Assembly (NCBI GenBank): GCA_041653535.1 | Contig: JBAZFH010000001.1 | Location: 86,175 to 150,174, forward strand | DNA length: 64,000 bases | Origin: Patescibacteria group bacterium | Lineage (GTDB): Bacteria > Patescibacteriota > Patescibacteriia > JACRDY01 | Direction: 5' to 3' | Shown here: positions 1-9,258 of the stretch, piece by piece | How the letters are laid out: each line of letters begins with the position of its first letter | Position numbering within the stretch: the stretch's first letter is position 1 | The notes under the pieces: generated by a model | Seen by the model: only the letters and a program-made list of their open reading frames with translations | What the model was told of the DNA's origin: nothing | Databases searched by the model: none | Made by a program: the position numbers and the translations under genes

Positions 1-1017
1 TACTACGCCCAAGCTTTTTATGGCGTGCAATTCACTCTGCAAACCACCGTTAACAAAAACTACTTGCTCGTCGGGGCTATGCGGTCGGGCAGAACGGAAA
101 GTACGCGTAACGTCGGCGTCGCTCTGGCAGACAAGTTCTCGCTCAACTTCAATGATTCTTGCCGTACCTATCTGGTTGAACCGCGTTCCAACGAAAACCA
201 ACTGAGTATTACCAATCAATGGTTGGAATACTCTACCTATCTTTTTGCCACCAAGACCGCCAGTGATACCACTATACGGTTTTCCTCTGGTCAAAAAATA
301 GGTGAAGTTTACTTCGACGATGTTTCTCTCGAAGAATTGTCTTCGCTCCGTCTGCCGAAGACTTCGGTGTGGTTTTTCTATGATGGTGCCAAGGCCTATG
401 CCAAAGTCATTTATGGTCAAGGTTCCAGTATCCCCGGCTTTTACGGCGTTCCTCCCAGTCCTCAAAAGCTCGTTGTATTTATCGATGGCTACGGTATTTA
501 CGATACCCAAAACATCGATTTAAACAACGGTAACCTGATTCGTTTGCCGGTAGACAGCCGTTACAAAAAAGCTGCTTTCTACCTGGTTAACGCCAATAAC
601 AGTCAGAACTGGTTTAACGCCTGGGCTTGGCAGATTAACGGCGCCGTCAATGAAAATGGTTGGTTGAATTTTTCCCAGATTATCCCGTCTAACAACTTGA
701 GCGTACCCAAAATTACTTTCACTTCCACGCAAGTGAAAGTAACTTACAACGTCGGTTCCACGGGAAATATCGAAGGAATCTTTGATCCTATTGACCCTTC
801 TCGTGCGATACAGATATTTTTCTTTGTCGACGGCAGAGGTGTCTACGATCGACAAGACTTTAATCTGTCGGCAGGCAATACCTTCAACCTACCGTCTACC
901 TTCTCCCAAGGCACTTTCTACATTCTTGATCGGGTCAATGTACAACATTGGTTCGATATCTCCAAGTGGCAAGTCCAGGGTGGATCGGCAAACGGTGGGT
1001 GGTTTAAATGGAAGTAA
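1..1017 (+). CDS. 5'-truncated secreted-type protein: carbohydrate-binding-like (CBM4/9-like) segment followed by two tandem ~100-aa beta-rich domains
   Basis: Frame is open from base 1 (TAC TAC GCC...) to TAA 1015-1017. GEVYFDDVSL resembles a CBM C-terminal motif. Internal repeat FIDGYGIYDTQNIDL / FVDGRGVYDRQDFNL. Confidence 0.6.
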   Translation, partial: YYAQAFYGVQFTLQTTVNKNYLLVGAMRSGRTESTRNVGVALADKFSLNFNDSCRTYLVEPRSNENQLSITNQWLEYSTYLFATKTASDTTIRFSSGQKIGEVYFDDVSLEELSSLRLPKTSVWFFYDGAKAYAKVIYGQGSSIPGFYGVPPSPQKLVVFIDGYGIYDTQNIDLNNGNLIRLPVDSRYKKAAFYLVNANNSQNWFNAWAWQINGAVNENGWLNFSQIIPSNNLSVPKITFTSTQVKVTYNVGSTGNIEGIFDPIDPSRAIQIFFFVDGRGVYDRQDFNLSAGNTFNLPSTFSQGTFYILDRVNVQHWFDISKWQVQGGSANGGWFKWK

Positions 1018-1081
1018 CGGTTAAATTTCAACCCATGACAAGAAAGGAAGCTAAACCAAAGCAATCCACACATCACTAAAT

Positions 1082-1117
1082 ACCCCCAAGAGTCCAAGAC
1101 TTTTGGGGGTTTATTTT
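1082..1117 (+). terminator. Intrinsic terminator
   Basis: ACCCCCAAGAGTC-CAA-GACTTTTGGGGGT stem followed by TTATTTTT. Confidence 0.75.
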
Positions 1118-1159
1118 TGTCATAGCTTTGCTATAATTAGGATAAATAAGGTAAATACT

Positions 1160-1999
1160 ATGTCAAAAATTCTCATTATCGAAGACGAAGAATCATTGTC
1201 CGATATGTATCGGTTGCGTCTTGAAAAAGAAGGTTATCAGATTTTTACCGCCAGTCGCGGTAAACAGGGAATTGAGATTGCCAAAAAAGAACAGCCGGAT
1301 TTAATTTTGCTTGATATTGTTATGCCGGAGATGGACGGCTATGAAGTTTTGGAAAAATTAAAATCCGACAATAAGACAAAAAACTTGAGAGTGTTTTTTT
1401 TGACTAATATGGGTCAGGACGAAGAAATAAAACGCGGCATGGACTTGGGAGCCGAAAGTTATATTATTAAATCCAGCCTTACTCCCAGCGCTTTGGTTTT
1501 ACGTTTGCAAGAAAAACTTGGAATTCAATCGTCGGCAATTACAAAGGAAAATAAAAATATTGTCAGTGGTGATAAAAAAGATGAGTTGGGCGTGCAAAGC
1601 TGTAAGGGCGTTCGGTTGTTAATGATAGAAGACAACGAGGCAATAATTGATATGTATAAACTACGTTTGGAAAAAGAAGGGGTGATTGTAGAGGTGGCTA
1701 AAAACGGTGCCTGGGGTCTGAAAGCGGCGGAAAAAGGAATTTATGACATTATTTTATTAGATATGGTTATGCCGGCATTGCATGGTCTAGAGACAATCAA
1801 GGTCTTGAAAAAAAATTCAAAGACTGCTAATATACCGGTGCTTGTTTTTTCTAACTCAGCTCAGGAAGGTGATATGAAAGAAGCCAAAGCAGCGGGTGCG
1901 GAAAATTATTTCATAAAATCAGATATTACTCCCGCAACGTTAATTAGGGAGATTAAAAAATATTGTCCGGTTGTTTTGTTAAAAAAAACGGACAGCTAA
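1160..1999 (+). CDS. Response regulator made of two tandem receiver domains, no output domain
   Basis: ILIIEDE..LLDIVMP..IIKSS and LLMIEDN..LLDMVMP..FIKSD. ATG 1160 preferred over TTG 1103, which lies inside the terminator. Confidence 0.85.
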   Translation: MSKILIIEDEESLSDMYRLRLEKEGYQIFTASRGKQGIEIAKKEQPDLILLDIVMPEMDGYEVLEKLKSDNKTKNLRVFFLTNMGQDEEIKRGMDLGAESYIIKSSLTPSALVLRLQEKLGIQSSAITKENKNIVSGDKKDELGVQSCKGVRLLMIEDNEAIIDMYKLRLEKEGVIVEVAKNGAWGLKAAEKGIYDIILLDMVMPALHGLETIKVLKKNSKTANIPVLVFSNSAQEGDMKEAKAAGAENYFIKSDITPATLIREIKKYCPVVLLKKTDS

Positions 2000-2010
2000 A
2001 AAATAAAAAC

Positions 2011-2199
2011 ATGAAAGTTTTAGTTGACAAAGACAAATGCATTGGCTGCGGTAGCTGCGTCAGCGTTTGTCCAGAAGTATTCGAGCTTAGTGCCAATGGT
2101 AAAGCCGAGATAAAAACAGGAGCTGATCTGGAAGCGCATAAGGATAAGGTACAAGAGGCAGTTGATGTTTGTCCGGTACAAGCAATTTCGGTAGAATGA
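2011..2199 (+). CDS. Small single-cluster ferredoxin
   Basis: CIGCGSCVSVCP ... VCPVQAI; ATG at 2011. Confidence 0.9.
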   Translation: MKVLVDKDKCIGCGSCVSVCPEVFELSANGKAEIKTGADLEAHKDKVQEAVDVCPVQAISVE

Positions 2200-2233
2200 T
2201 CTTTTGCAGGCGGCGCTGTCCGTCTGCTTTTGT

Positions 2234-2315
2234 GCGCGGGTGGCGAAATTGGTAGACGCACTACCTTGAGGTGGTAGCGCCGCAAGGCTTGGAGGTTCGA
2301 GTCCTCTCCCGCGCA
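2234..2315 (+). tRNA. tRNA-Leu(GAG)
   Basis: GCGCGGG/CCCGCGC acceptor stem, CTACC-TTGAGGT-GGTAG anticodon arm, long variable arm, GGTTCGAGTCC T-arm; CCA not encoded. Confidence 0.95.
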
Positions 2316-2332
2316 TTGAAAAATATTTTTTT

Positions 2333-2409
2333 GGGCAACTAGCTCAGTTGGTTAGAGCATCTCGTTTACACCGAGAGGGTCAGGGGTTCGAATCCCTTGT
2401 TGCCCACCA
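2333..2409 (+). tRNA. tRNA-Val(TAC)
   Basis: GGGCAAC/GTTGCCC-A-CCA, TCTCG-TTTACAC-CGAGA anticodon arm, GGTTCGAATCC. Confidence 0.95.
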
Positions 2410-2540
2410 TTTAACTTTTTTGATGATAAATTCAGATATCCTCAAAATCATATTGGCGTTAAGGTGAAGTTGGTGTGTTTTATTTTATAAGCAGCGGGTA
2501 ATGGATTTAGATTCTATATTGTTTTATAGTAATATTGGGT

Positions 2541-2568
2541 GCTCCGTCAAATGGCGGGGTTTTTGTTT
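2541..2568 (+). terminator. Intrinsic terminator downstream of tRNA pair
   Basis: GCTCCGTCA-AA-TGGCGGGGT followed by TTTTGTTT. Confidence 0.6.
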
Positions 2569-2652
2569 AGAACGGTTTTGGCGCAAGAGCGCATTTGATT
2601 TTTTGTTGAAAATTGGATAATCTTAAGGTAGTAATAAAAGTATTTTTAGAAA

Positions 2653-4101
2653 ATGTTTATGAGCGAAATATCGTTTTATAATACCCTTGGCAGAAGAATT
2701 GAAAAGTTCAAACCATTGGAAAAGGATAGTGTCAAAATATATAGCTGCGGTCCGACCGTTTATAACTATGTCCATTTGGGCAATATTCGCGCTTATGTTT
2801 TTGTTGATTTACTGAAAAGATATTTGCGTTATCGCGGGTATAAAGTTGAACATGTCATGAATATTACCGATGTTGATGACAAAACAATTCGTGACAGTCA
2901 GAAAAGCGGTAAAACGTTAAAAGAGTTTACCGATTTTTATCTACAAGCCTTTATTGATGATTTACAAGTGATGAATATTTTGTTGCCAGATGTTATGCCA
3001 AAAGCAACGGATCATATGTCGGAAATCGTTGATTTGGTGGAAAAATTAACAAAAAATGGTTACACTTATCGTTCCGGCGATTCTGTTTATTACAAAATTT
3101 CTCAATTCAAAAATTATGGTGAGCTAGCGCAGCTAGACAAGCAAATTCTTAAAAGTAACGCCTCTGGTCGGTTAAATGACAAAGATGAATATGAAAAAGA
3201 GCAGGTCAATGATTTTGTTTTGTGGAAAGCCTGGCAGCCGGAAGATGGAGAGGTTTATTGGCAGACGCGTATCGGTAAAGGACGACCGGGCTGGCATATC
3301 GAATGTTCAGCAATGTCAATGAAAAATTTAGGTGAAAGTTTTGATATTCACTGCGGTGGTGTTGATTTAATTTTCCCACATCATACCAATGAGATTGCTC
3401 AATCAGAGGCGGCAACCGGTAAAAAATTTGTTAATTATTGGTTGCATAATGCCCATTTGACCGTTGATGGTCAAAAAATGGCGAAATCATTAGGTAACTT
3501 TTATACCCTAAAAGATTTAAAAGAAAAAGGGTATGATCCATTGCTTTTGCGGTTTATTTTGCTCAAAACCCATTATCGTCAAACATTAAATTTTAGTTTT
3601 TCCGATTTTGACGAGGCAAAAAGCATTGTCGAAAAATTTATTAATCTTTTAACTATTTTGGATACAATTAAAGATGGTGGTAATAATGATGGCGGGGTAA
3701 AAAAAGAACTGAAAAAAATAATTGGTAGTTGCGACGAAAAATTTATTGCGGCTATGGATGACGATCTTAACGTCAGCTTGGCACTTGCCGCGGTTTATGA
3801 ATTTATCAACGAGGTCAATAAAATTATTAATCAGATGACGGTAGGTGATGCTGAACTGGCGAAAGATTTTATCGACAAGCTCGACAGCGTGTTAGGCTTT
3901 GTTAATTCTTTTTATAGCAAGCATGTTTTTTTGCTCAGTCAAAAAATAAACAATCCGCAGTTGCATGAAATTTTGATAAAAAGAGAAGAGGCGCGAGCGC
4001 AAAAAGATTATGCTGCGGCAGACGAGCTGAGAAAAGAAGCTCTCGATCTTGGATTTATTATCGAAGATACTAGCGACGGTTATAGAATAAAAATAAAATA
4101 A
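2653..4101 (+). CDS. cysS: Cysteine--tRNA ligase
   Basis: YSCGPTVYNYVHLGN, NITDVDDK, GRPGWHIECSAM, FPHHTNE, KMAKSLGN. Confidence 0.98.
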   Translation: MFMSEISFYNTLGRRIEKFKPLEKDSVKIYSCGPTVYNYVHLGNIRAYVFVDLLKRYLRYRGYKVEHVMNITDVDDKTIRDSQKSGKTLKEFTDFYLQAFIDDLQVMNILLPDVMPKATDHMSEIVDLVEKLTKNGYTYRSGDSVYYKISQFKNYGELAQLDKQILKSNASGRLNDKDEYEKEQVNDFVLWKAWQPEDGEVYWQTRIGKGRPGWHIECSAMSMKNLGESFDIHCGGVDLIFPHHTNEIAQSEAATGKKFVNYWLHNAHLTVDGQKMAKSLGNFYTLKDLKEKGYDPLLLRFILLKTHYRQTLNFSFSDFDEAKSIVEKFINLLTILDTIKDGGNNDGGVKKELKKIIGSCDEKFIAAMDDDLNVSLALAAVYEFINEVNKIINQMTVGDAELAKDFIDKLDSVLGFVNSFYSKHVFLLSQKINNPQLHEILIKREEARAQKDYAAADELRKEALDLGFIIEDTSDGYRIKIK

Positions 4102-4106
4102 AAAAT

Positions 4107-4355
4107 ATGGCAAAAGTTATCATCGGTTTTTTGGCGATAGTTTTAGGCGGGATAATGGTTTGGAAGGCGGAGTGGCTTTACCAAAATTTTGGCGCAAACG
4201 CTTGGGCAGAAAAAACCTTGGGTACGGAAGGCGGCAGCAGATTATTTTATAAATTAATCGGTTTGGTTATTATTTTAGTTGGTATTTTAACCATGACTGG
4301 TCTTATTCAGGGGATAATACTTTCTATCTTTAGTAAAATTTTTATGATAAAATAG
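4107..4355 (+). CDS. Small hypothetical membrane protein
   Basis: Two hydrophobic helices; operonic spacing after cysS. Confidence 0.75.
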   Translation: MAKVIIGFLAIVLGGIMVWKAEWLYQNFGANAWAEKTLGTEGGSRLFYKLIGLVIILVGILTMTGLIQGIILSIFSKIFMIK

Positions 4356-4361
4356 GGGCAT

Positions 4362-4919
4362 ATGGAAGAAGTTAGTGGCGGTAAACAATTTATTAAATCA
4401 GAAAAGGTGTTGCAAGAAATAGGGGTAAAACCCGGTGATCGTATCGCTGATATGGGTTGTGGCGCTCTGGGTTATTTTACTTTTGCCGCGGCAAAAGTAG
4501 TGGGTAAAAACGGTTTGATTTATGCGATAGACGTGAGACAAATCGTTTTGGAAGGTATTCGTAATCGTGCTCGGATTGATGGTTTGACAAATATCGAAAC
4601 GATTTGGGCTAACCTGGAAATCATCAAATCAACCGGCATTGCCGATGTCAGTGTCGATTTATCTTTTTTATTTAATGTTTTATTTCAAAATAAAAAACGC
4701 GAAGAAATTTTAACCGAAGCAATTCGTATTCTGCGACCCGGAGGGCGTTTAGCGGTAATTGATTGGTTGGGAGAAAAAAACCCTTTTGGTCCGCAAGTAG
4801 ATGCTTTGGTTAATAAGCAAGGTATTTTACAGTTTTGTAAAAAATTTAGTCTAACGTTGGAAAAAGAATTTAATCCAAGCAGTTATCATTTTGGTTTGTT
4901 GTTTATAAAAAATAAATAA
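4362..4919 (+). CDS. Class I SAM-dependent methyltransferase
   Basis: IADMGCGALGYF motif I, YAIDV, LRPGGRLAVIDW. Confidence 0.88.
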   Translation: MEEVSGGKQFIKSEKVLQEIGVKPGDRIADMGCGALGYFTFAAAKVVGKNGLIYAIDVRQIVLEGIRNRARIDGLTNIETIWANLEIIKSTGIADVSVDLSFLFNVLFQNKKREEILTEAIRILRPGGRLAVIDWLGEKNPFGPQVDALVNKQGILQFCKKFSLTLEKEFNPSSYHFGLLFIKNK

Positions 4920-4927
4920 AATTATTT

Positions 4928-5347
4928 ATGATTGATTGGAGCGGTTTACTCACTTTTAATTTTTGGTTTGCCCGTCAGCCGGGCGCTTTAGCTGGTCCGA
5001 TAACCAAATTTTTATTGGTTGTTTTTGGTCTTTGTTTGGTTACGGCAGTGATTCTTTATTTCGTTTCCCGGTCAAAGCGTGGTAATAAAGCAGTTTTTCG
5101 TATCTTCCGTAAAATTAAAAGCTTGCTTACCACTATGGGTATTTTTGGTTTTATAATTTTATTTTTATTTTGGCAGCAAGTGCCTTATTTATCTTCACGA
5201 TTTTGGTTGATTGTTTGGGTTTTAGTCGCATGTATCTGGGCGGGATTTGTGGGTCAGTTTGGATTTTTTGAAGCACCAAAAATAGTCGCAGCTGAAAAAG
5301 AAAAAGAAGCTAAGCTTAAATACTTGCCTCCGAGAAGGAAGAAATAG
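4928..5347 (+). CDS. Hypothetical membrane protein (3 TM)
   Basis: Three hydrophobic segments, basic C-terminus KYLPPRRKK. Confidence 0.75.
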   Translation: MIDWSGLLTFNFWFARQPGALAGPITKFLLVVFGLCLVTAVILYFVSRSKRGNKAVFRIFRKIKSLLTTMGIFGFIILFLFWQQVPYLSSRFWLIVWVLVACIWAGFVGQFGFFEAPKIVAAEKEKEAKLKYLPPRRKK

Positions 5348-5378
5348 TCTGAAGTTATATACAAAGCGTTTTAATAAA

Positions 5379-5402
5379 GGCCCGCCGAAAGGTGGGTTTT
5401 TT
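5379..5402 (+). terminator. Intrinsic terminator of cysS operon
   Basis: GCCCGCC-GAAA-GGTGGGT followed by T tract. Confidence 0.75.
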
Positions 5403-5406
5403 GGAT

Positions 5407-5534
5407 GGCACGAGGCGAATGGCACGAGGCACGCTGCCGGGGGAGAGTTTAGAAATATTTAATCTAGGTTCTGTTAGGATTTCTGATATGAATAAGAAGT
5501 TCATGGTCGACCGCGCGCTGCGTGCCTCGCGCCA
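5407..5534. repeat. GGCACGN heptamer array (5407-5434) with an inverted copy (5511-5534) inside the next gene
   Basis: GGCACGA GGCGAAT GGCACGA GGCACGC; reverse complement of 5511-5534 = TGGCGCGAGGCACGCAGCGCGCGG. Confidence 0.75.
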
Positions 5535-5877
5535 TAAGCTAATCGTCGGTCGTTGGGGGGAGGGAATTGCTTGTGATTTTCTGTTTCGTCGCGGTTATCT
5601 TATGGTCGAGCGCAATTTTCATTCCCGCAACGGCGAGATAGATATTGTTGCGCGTAAAGACGACATTTTTTATTTTATTGAAGTAAAAACCAGAACCACG
5701 GAAAAGTTTGGCCAGCCCGAAGAAGCTTTTGATTGGCGCAAGCAAAAAAAGATAGAAGAAACCATCGGTGACTACATTTTTTTTCGAAGTCTTGATATTG
5801 AAGAATGGCGGGTGGGACTGATCAGTATATTAGTTAGCGGTAAAGATAGAGTAAAAATAAGGTTTTTTTGTAAATAA
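5488..5877 (+). CDS. YraN (UPF0102) family PD-(D/E)xK nuclease-like protein
   Basis: GRWGEGIAC..L...GY..VERNF....GEIDIVA......FIEVKTR; start uncertain. Confidence 0.9.
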   Translation: MNKKFMVDRALRASRHKLIVGRWGEGIACDFLFRRGYLMVERNFHSRNGEIDIVARKDDIFYFIEVKTRTTEKFGQPEEAFDWRKQKKIEETIGDYIFFRSLDIEEWRVGLISILVSGKDRVKIRFFCK

Positions 5878-5912
5878 AAAAACCGTCCCACTTTACAGTG
5901 GAACGATTTTGG
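5877..5912. terminator. Probable bidirectional terminator between convergent genes
   Basis: AAAAAACCGTCCCAC-TTTACA-GTGGAACGATTTT imperfect stem. Confidence 0.5.
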
Positions 5913-5923
5913 TTGATGGGGTT

Positions 5924-6352
5924 TTAGGGAATTACGATCTCATCGAGGTCGACTCCAAAGACATGAGTCATCTCATGATATTTCTCGGGGTACAGATCGC
6001 GCCAGCGTAGTGGCGGCAGTTCGCGACCGTTTTCGCGCAGAGTGTCGCGATCACACATGATGGCAAAGACGATGTTGCCCATGTTTATTTGGAGTATGAA
6101 CGCGTTGACGTTGCCGTTCTGATCGGTCGATTCTGCCACTGCCGTTGCCACTCGAGCGCTCGGCGGAGTTTCGGCGGTCAGAATCAATGCTTCTTCTTTG
6201 GTCACGCCCTTGGCCACGACCTTTTCGCGCGCCTGACGTTCGTCAGTATAATGCCGGTTAAAATTTTCTTCATCTTCGTAGGCGGCATAAGTGCGAACCC
6301 CGGCGTAGCCTTCGACTGCAGCAGTGTACTCAAATACCACAATAAACATCAA
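5924..6352 (-). CDS. Hypothetical protein (GC-richer orphan)
   Basis: 142-aa ORF with SD-like AAGGGAGAGG, own promoter and downstream hairpin. Confidence 0.75.
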   Translation of the reverse strand: MMFIVVFEYTAAVEGYAGVRTYAAYEDEENFNRHYTDERQAREKVVAKGVTKEEALILTAETPPSARVATAVAESTDQNGNVNAFILQINMGNIVFAIMCDRDTLRENGRELPPLRWRDLYPEKYHEMTHVFGVDLDEIVIP

Positions 6353-6422
6353 TCCTCTCCCTTCTTCGTTTGTTTTTTTGTTAAGTATTTTAGGTTTTCT
6401 AGTTGTTTTTTGAAGATTTTAT

Positions 6423-6451
6423 ATCTTATTATATCAACTCAATAATGTCAA
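6423..6451 (-). promoter_or_regulatory. sigma70-type promoter
   Basis: TTGACA-N17-TAAGAT on minus strand. Confidence 0.65.
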
Positions 6452-6511
6452 GCGTTGGTGGTAAAAGAAAAAAATCGCCATTAATACTAACGGCGATTTA
6501 GATTTTTATTG

Positions 6512-6907
6512 TTAGTCGTGACCAAAATGCCATGACTGTAAATAGGGATCGGGATAATCCTGATGGTCTTTAGTGATTATTTTTTGGTTTTTGGACATAA
6601 TGTCAAGAGTCGCTTGGAGTAGGTGGTCGTCGTGGTCGTTAACGCCCAGCCAGGCAGACAGTTCTGCCAGAGTTGCCGAATAATGTACTTTTAAATAGTA
6701 ATAAACAGCTTCTTGAGCAAAGGTTTGTGCGGGGTGGCATTTTTTTGAAACTGAACCAGGAGAAAAAATTTGTACGCCCAGTTCTTTCGCCCGACTGGCA
6801 AAGCGGTTTGCCTGGGCTTGGCGCATTGTTATTACCGCGATTATTATTGCAGCCCAAATAGCGAGAGTGATCAAAACGCAAATGCCGCCGATTAAGAGAG
6901 GATGCAC
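6512..6907 (-). CDS. Hypothetical protein with N-terminal TM helix
   Basis: SD AAGGAGG 5 nt before GTG 6907 (ORF-track start 6913 overlaps the SD); hairpin AAATCGCC..GGCGATTT at 6472-6499 downstream. Confidence 0.7.
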   Translation of the reverse strand: MHPLLIGGICVLITLAIWAAIIIAVITMRQAQANRFASRAKELGVQIFSPGSVSKKCHPAQTFAQEAVYYYLKVHYSATLAELSAWLGVNDHDDHLLQATLDIMSKNQKIITKDHQDYPDPYLQSWHFGHD

Positions 6908-6970
6908 ATTCACCTCCTTGTTTTAATTGTGTTGTTTTAAGATTACTTTATTGATTGTTTTTTGGCAAAT

Positions 6971-6999
6971 TTGACAAAAATAATCGTTTGATATATAAT
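6971..6999 (+). promoter_or_regulatory. Consensus sigma70 promoter of nusA operon
   Basis: TTGACA-N17-TATAAT. Confidence 0.85.
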
Positions 7000-7114
7000 A
7001 ATATTATTAAGGTCACCTCCTATAAAGAGAGTGATTTTTTCTTTACCTTTTATCGGTTTGTTTAATTAACCAATTTAAATTATAATTAAAACACTAATTT
7101 ATTTTTAGAAAAAT

Positions 7115-8413
7115 ATGGCACAATCTCCAATAATGGCGGCGATCCAACAGATCTGCCAGGAAAAAAACCTCAGTCCTGAAGCGGTAATCGAGACTATCGA
7201 AGCGGCTCTCGCCGCTGCTTACCGTAAGGATTTTGGTCAAAAAAATCAGAACATCAAAGTCGAGTACGATCCGGAAAACGGAGAGTCTCGGGTTTTTGAT
7301 GTGAAAAATGTTGTCGAAGACGAGCTGAAAGAAAAAGCCGAAGCCGAAGCAGCCGAACGTCAGGCAGCTATTGATCGTGGCGAAGAGCCGCCAGTACGTG
7401 AAGCAACCCCAGAGTTAGAAGATGGTGAAGAGGGTGAGCTGCGTTACAATCCTAAGCTTCATATTTCTTTTACTGATGCCAAGGAAATAAAACCGGATGC
7501 CAAAGTCGGTGACGAGATTCGTGTTGAGCTGCAAGTGCCGGCTGATTACGGTCGTATGGCGGCTCAGACTGCTAAGCAGGTGATTATCCAGCGTTTGCGT
7601 GAAGCCGAACGCAGCACTATCTTTGATGAGTTTAAAGACAAGCAAGGTCAAGTGCTTGCCGGTACTGTTCAACGCCGTGAAGGTCGCAATGTTTTGATTG
7701 ATATCGGAAAAGTAGTCGGTATTATGCCGCCGGAAGAGCAAGTAGAAAGAGAACGTTACAATATCGGCAATCGTATTAAGGTTTATATTATTTCTGTTGC
7801 TCTTGGTTCTCGTGGTCCGGAAATCATCGTTTCTCGCAAAAGTCCGGAAATCATCCGCGAACTTTTCACCATGGAGATTCCGGAAATCGCTAACGGTTCT
7901 ATTGAGATTAAGGGCATTGCCCGCGAAGCCGGTGGTCGCAGTAAAGTAGCGGTTTATACTGAGGAAGAAAATATTGATCCGATCGGTTCTTGCGTCGGTC
8001 AGCGCGGTGCCAGAGTTCAGACTATTATTTCCGAGCTGTCCGGTGAAAAAATAGATATTATTGAATGGAAAGAAAACCCGTCAGAATATATTGCCAATGC
8101 TTTATTGCCGGCAAAAATTATCAGTATTGAAATAAGAGAAGAAACCAAAGAAGCGGCTGCTACAGTGGATACTGATCAACTGTCACTTGCCATCGGCAAA
8201 CAAGGTCAAAACGTCCGTTTAGCTTCCAGGTTGACTGGCTATCGTATCAGTATTATTGAAGTGAAGGGCGGAGAGAAACGTGAACTGACTGCCGAAGAAA
8301 TCGAGCAAGGTCTGATTGATACTGCCAATAAAAAAGACAGTGAAGCAGGGTTAGTTGCTGCAGAAGGAGAGGTGGAAGTAAAAAGCGAGGATATATCAGA
8401 AACTAAAGAGTAG
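7115..8413 (+). CDS. nusA: Transcription termination/antitermination factor NusA
   Basis: YGRMAAQTAKQVIIQRLREAER, S1 domain, KH motifs AREAGGRSKVAV, GSCVGQRGARV, AIGKQGQNVRLA. Confidence 0.98.
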   Translation: MAQSPIMAAIQQICQEKNLSPEAVIETIEAALAAAYRKDFGQKNQNIKVEYDPENGESRVFDVKNVVEDELKEKAEAEAAERQAAIDRGEEPPVREATPELEDGEEGELRYNPKLHISFTDAKEIKPDAKVGDEIRVELQVPADYGRMAAQTAKQVIIQRLREAERSTIFDEFKDKQGQVLAGTVQRREGRNVLIDIGKVVGIMPPEEQVERERYNIGNRIKVYIISVALGSRGPEIIVSRKSPEIIRELFTMEIPEIANGSIEIKGIAREAGGRSKVAVYTEEENIDPIGSCVGQRGARVQTIISELSGEKIDIIEWKENPSEYIANALLPAKIISIEIREETKEAAATVDTDQLSLAIGKQGQNVRLASRLTGYRISIIEVKGGEKRELTAEEIEQGLIDTANKKDSEAGLVAAEGEVEVKSEDISETKE

Positions 8414-8446
8414 ATAATAATTATAATCAAAAAATAAAAAACTTTT

Positions 8447-9244
8447 ATGGTTGCATTATATCAAATGGTTATTTATCAGCCATTATTCAATATCTTAGTC
8501 TGGCTTTACAACGTTATTCCTGGTCATGACGTTGGTATCGCTATTATTTTATTGACTATTGTGGTCAAACTAATTTTGTATCCTTTTTCATTGCAATCGA
8601 TCCGTGCGCAAAAATCAATGCAGGCACTGCAACCCAAGCTCGACGAGCTAAAGAAGAAGTATAAAGACGACAAGGAAAAACTATCGCAAGAAATGATGAA
8701 GCTTTACAAGGACGAAAAGGTAAATCCGTTTTCTTCGTGTTTGCCGGTTTTAGTGCAGCTTCCGATTTTGATTGCGGTTTACCAGGTTTTACGCAATGGA
8801 TTAAGCAACGGCAGTTTTGTCTTGCTTTATCCTTTTATCGCTAATCCCGGGCAAATCGGTCTAATTGCTTTTGGCTTTCTTGATCTTAGTAAACCAAATA
8901 TGGTATTGGCTGTCTTGGCTGGCTTAGCTCAATATTGGCAAACCACCATGGTTCAGGTGCAACAGCCGCCGAAAACTAAAGATGGCAAAGTACTTGCCGG
9001 AGCTAAAGATGAAAACGTTATGGCAACGATGAATAAGCAAATGAAATATACCATGCCATTAATAACGATTATAATCGGTTTTAGTTTACCCGGTGGTTTG
9101 ACTCTTTATTGGTTGATTATGACCTTGCTTACTGTTTTGCAGCAATATGTCGTTTTTCGTAAGGTGAACAAAGGGGAAAAGCCAAAAAATGATGGTAATA
9201 ATCATCCAGACGTAAAAGTGATTGAAGGAGAAATTATTAAATAA
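8447..9244 (+). CDS. yidC: Membrane protein insertase YidC/Oxa1
   Basis: GIAIILLTIVVKLILYP, MQALQPKL, NPFSSCLPVLVQLPI, LPGGLTLYW. Confidence 0.95.
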   Translation: MVALYQMVIYQPLFNILVWLYNVIPGHDVGIAIILLTIVVKLILYPFSLQSIRAQKSMQALQPKLDELKKKYKDDKEKLSQEMMKLYKDEKVNPFSSCLPVLVQLPILIAVYQVLRNGLSNGSFVLLYPFIANPGQIGLIAFGFLDLSKPNMVLAVLAGLAQYWQTTMVQVQQPPKTKDGKVLAGAKDENVMATMNKQMKYTMPLITIIIGFSLPGGLTLYWLIMTLLTVLQQYVVFRKVNKGEKPKNDGNNHPDVKVIEGEIIK

Positions 9245-9258
9245 AAAATTTTATTGTT

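Noticed and set aside
2020-2316. Minus-strand ORFs over ferredoxin/tRNA-Leu, and 19410-19676 over tRNA-Asp
   Set aside because: Antisense to tRNA genes and a clear CDS
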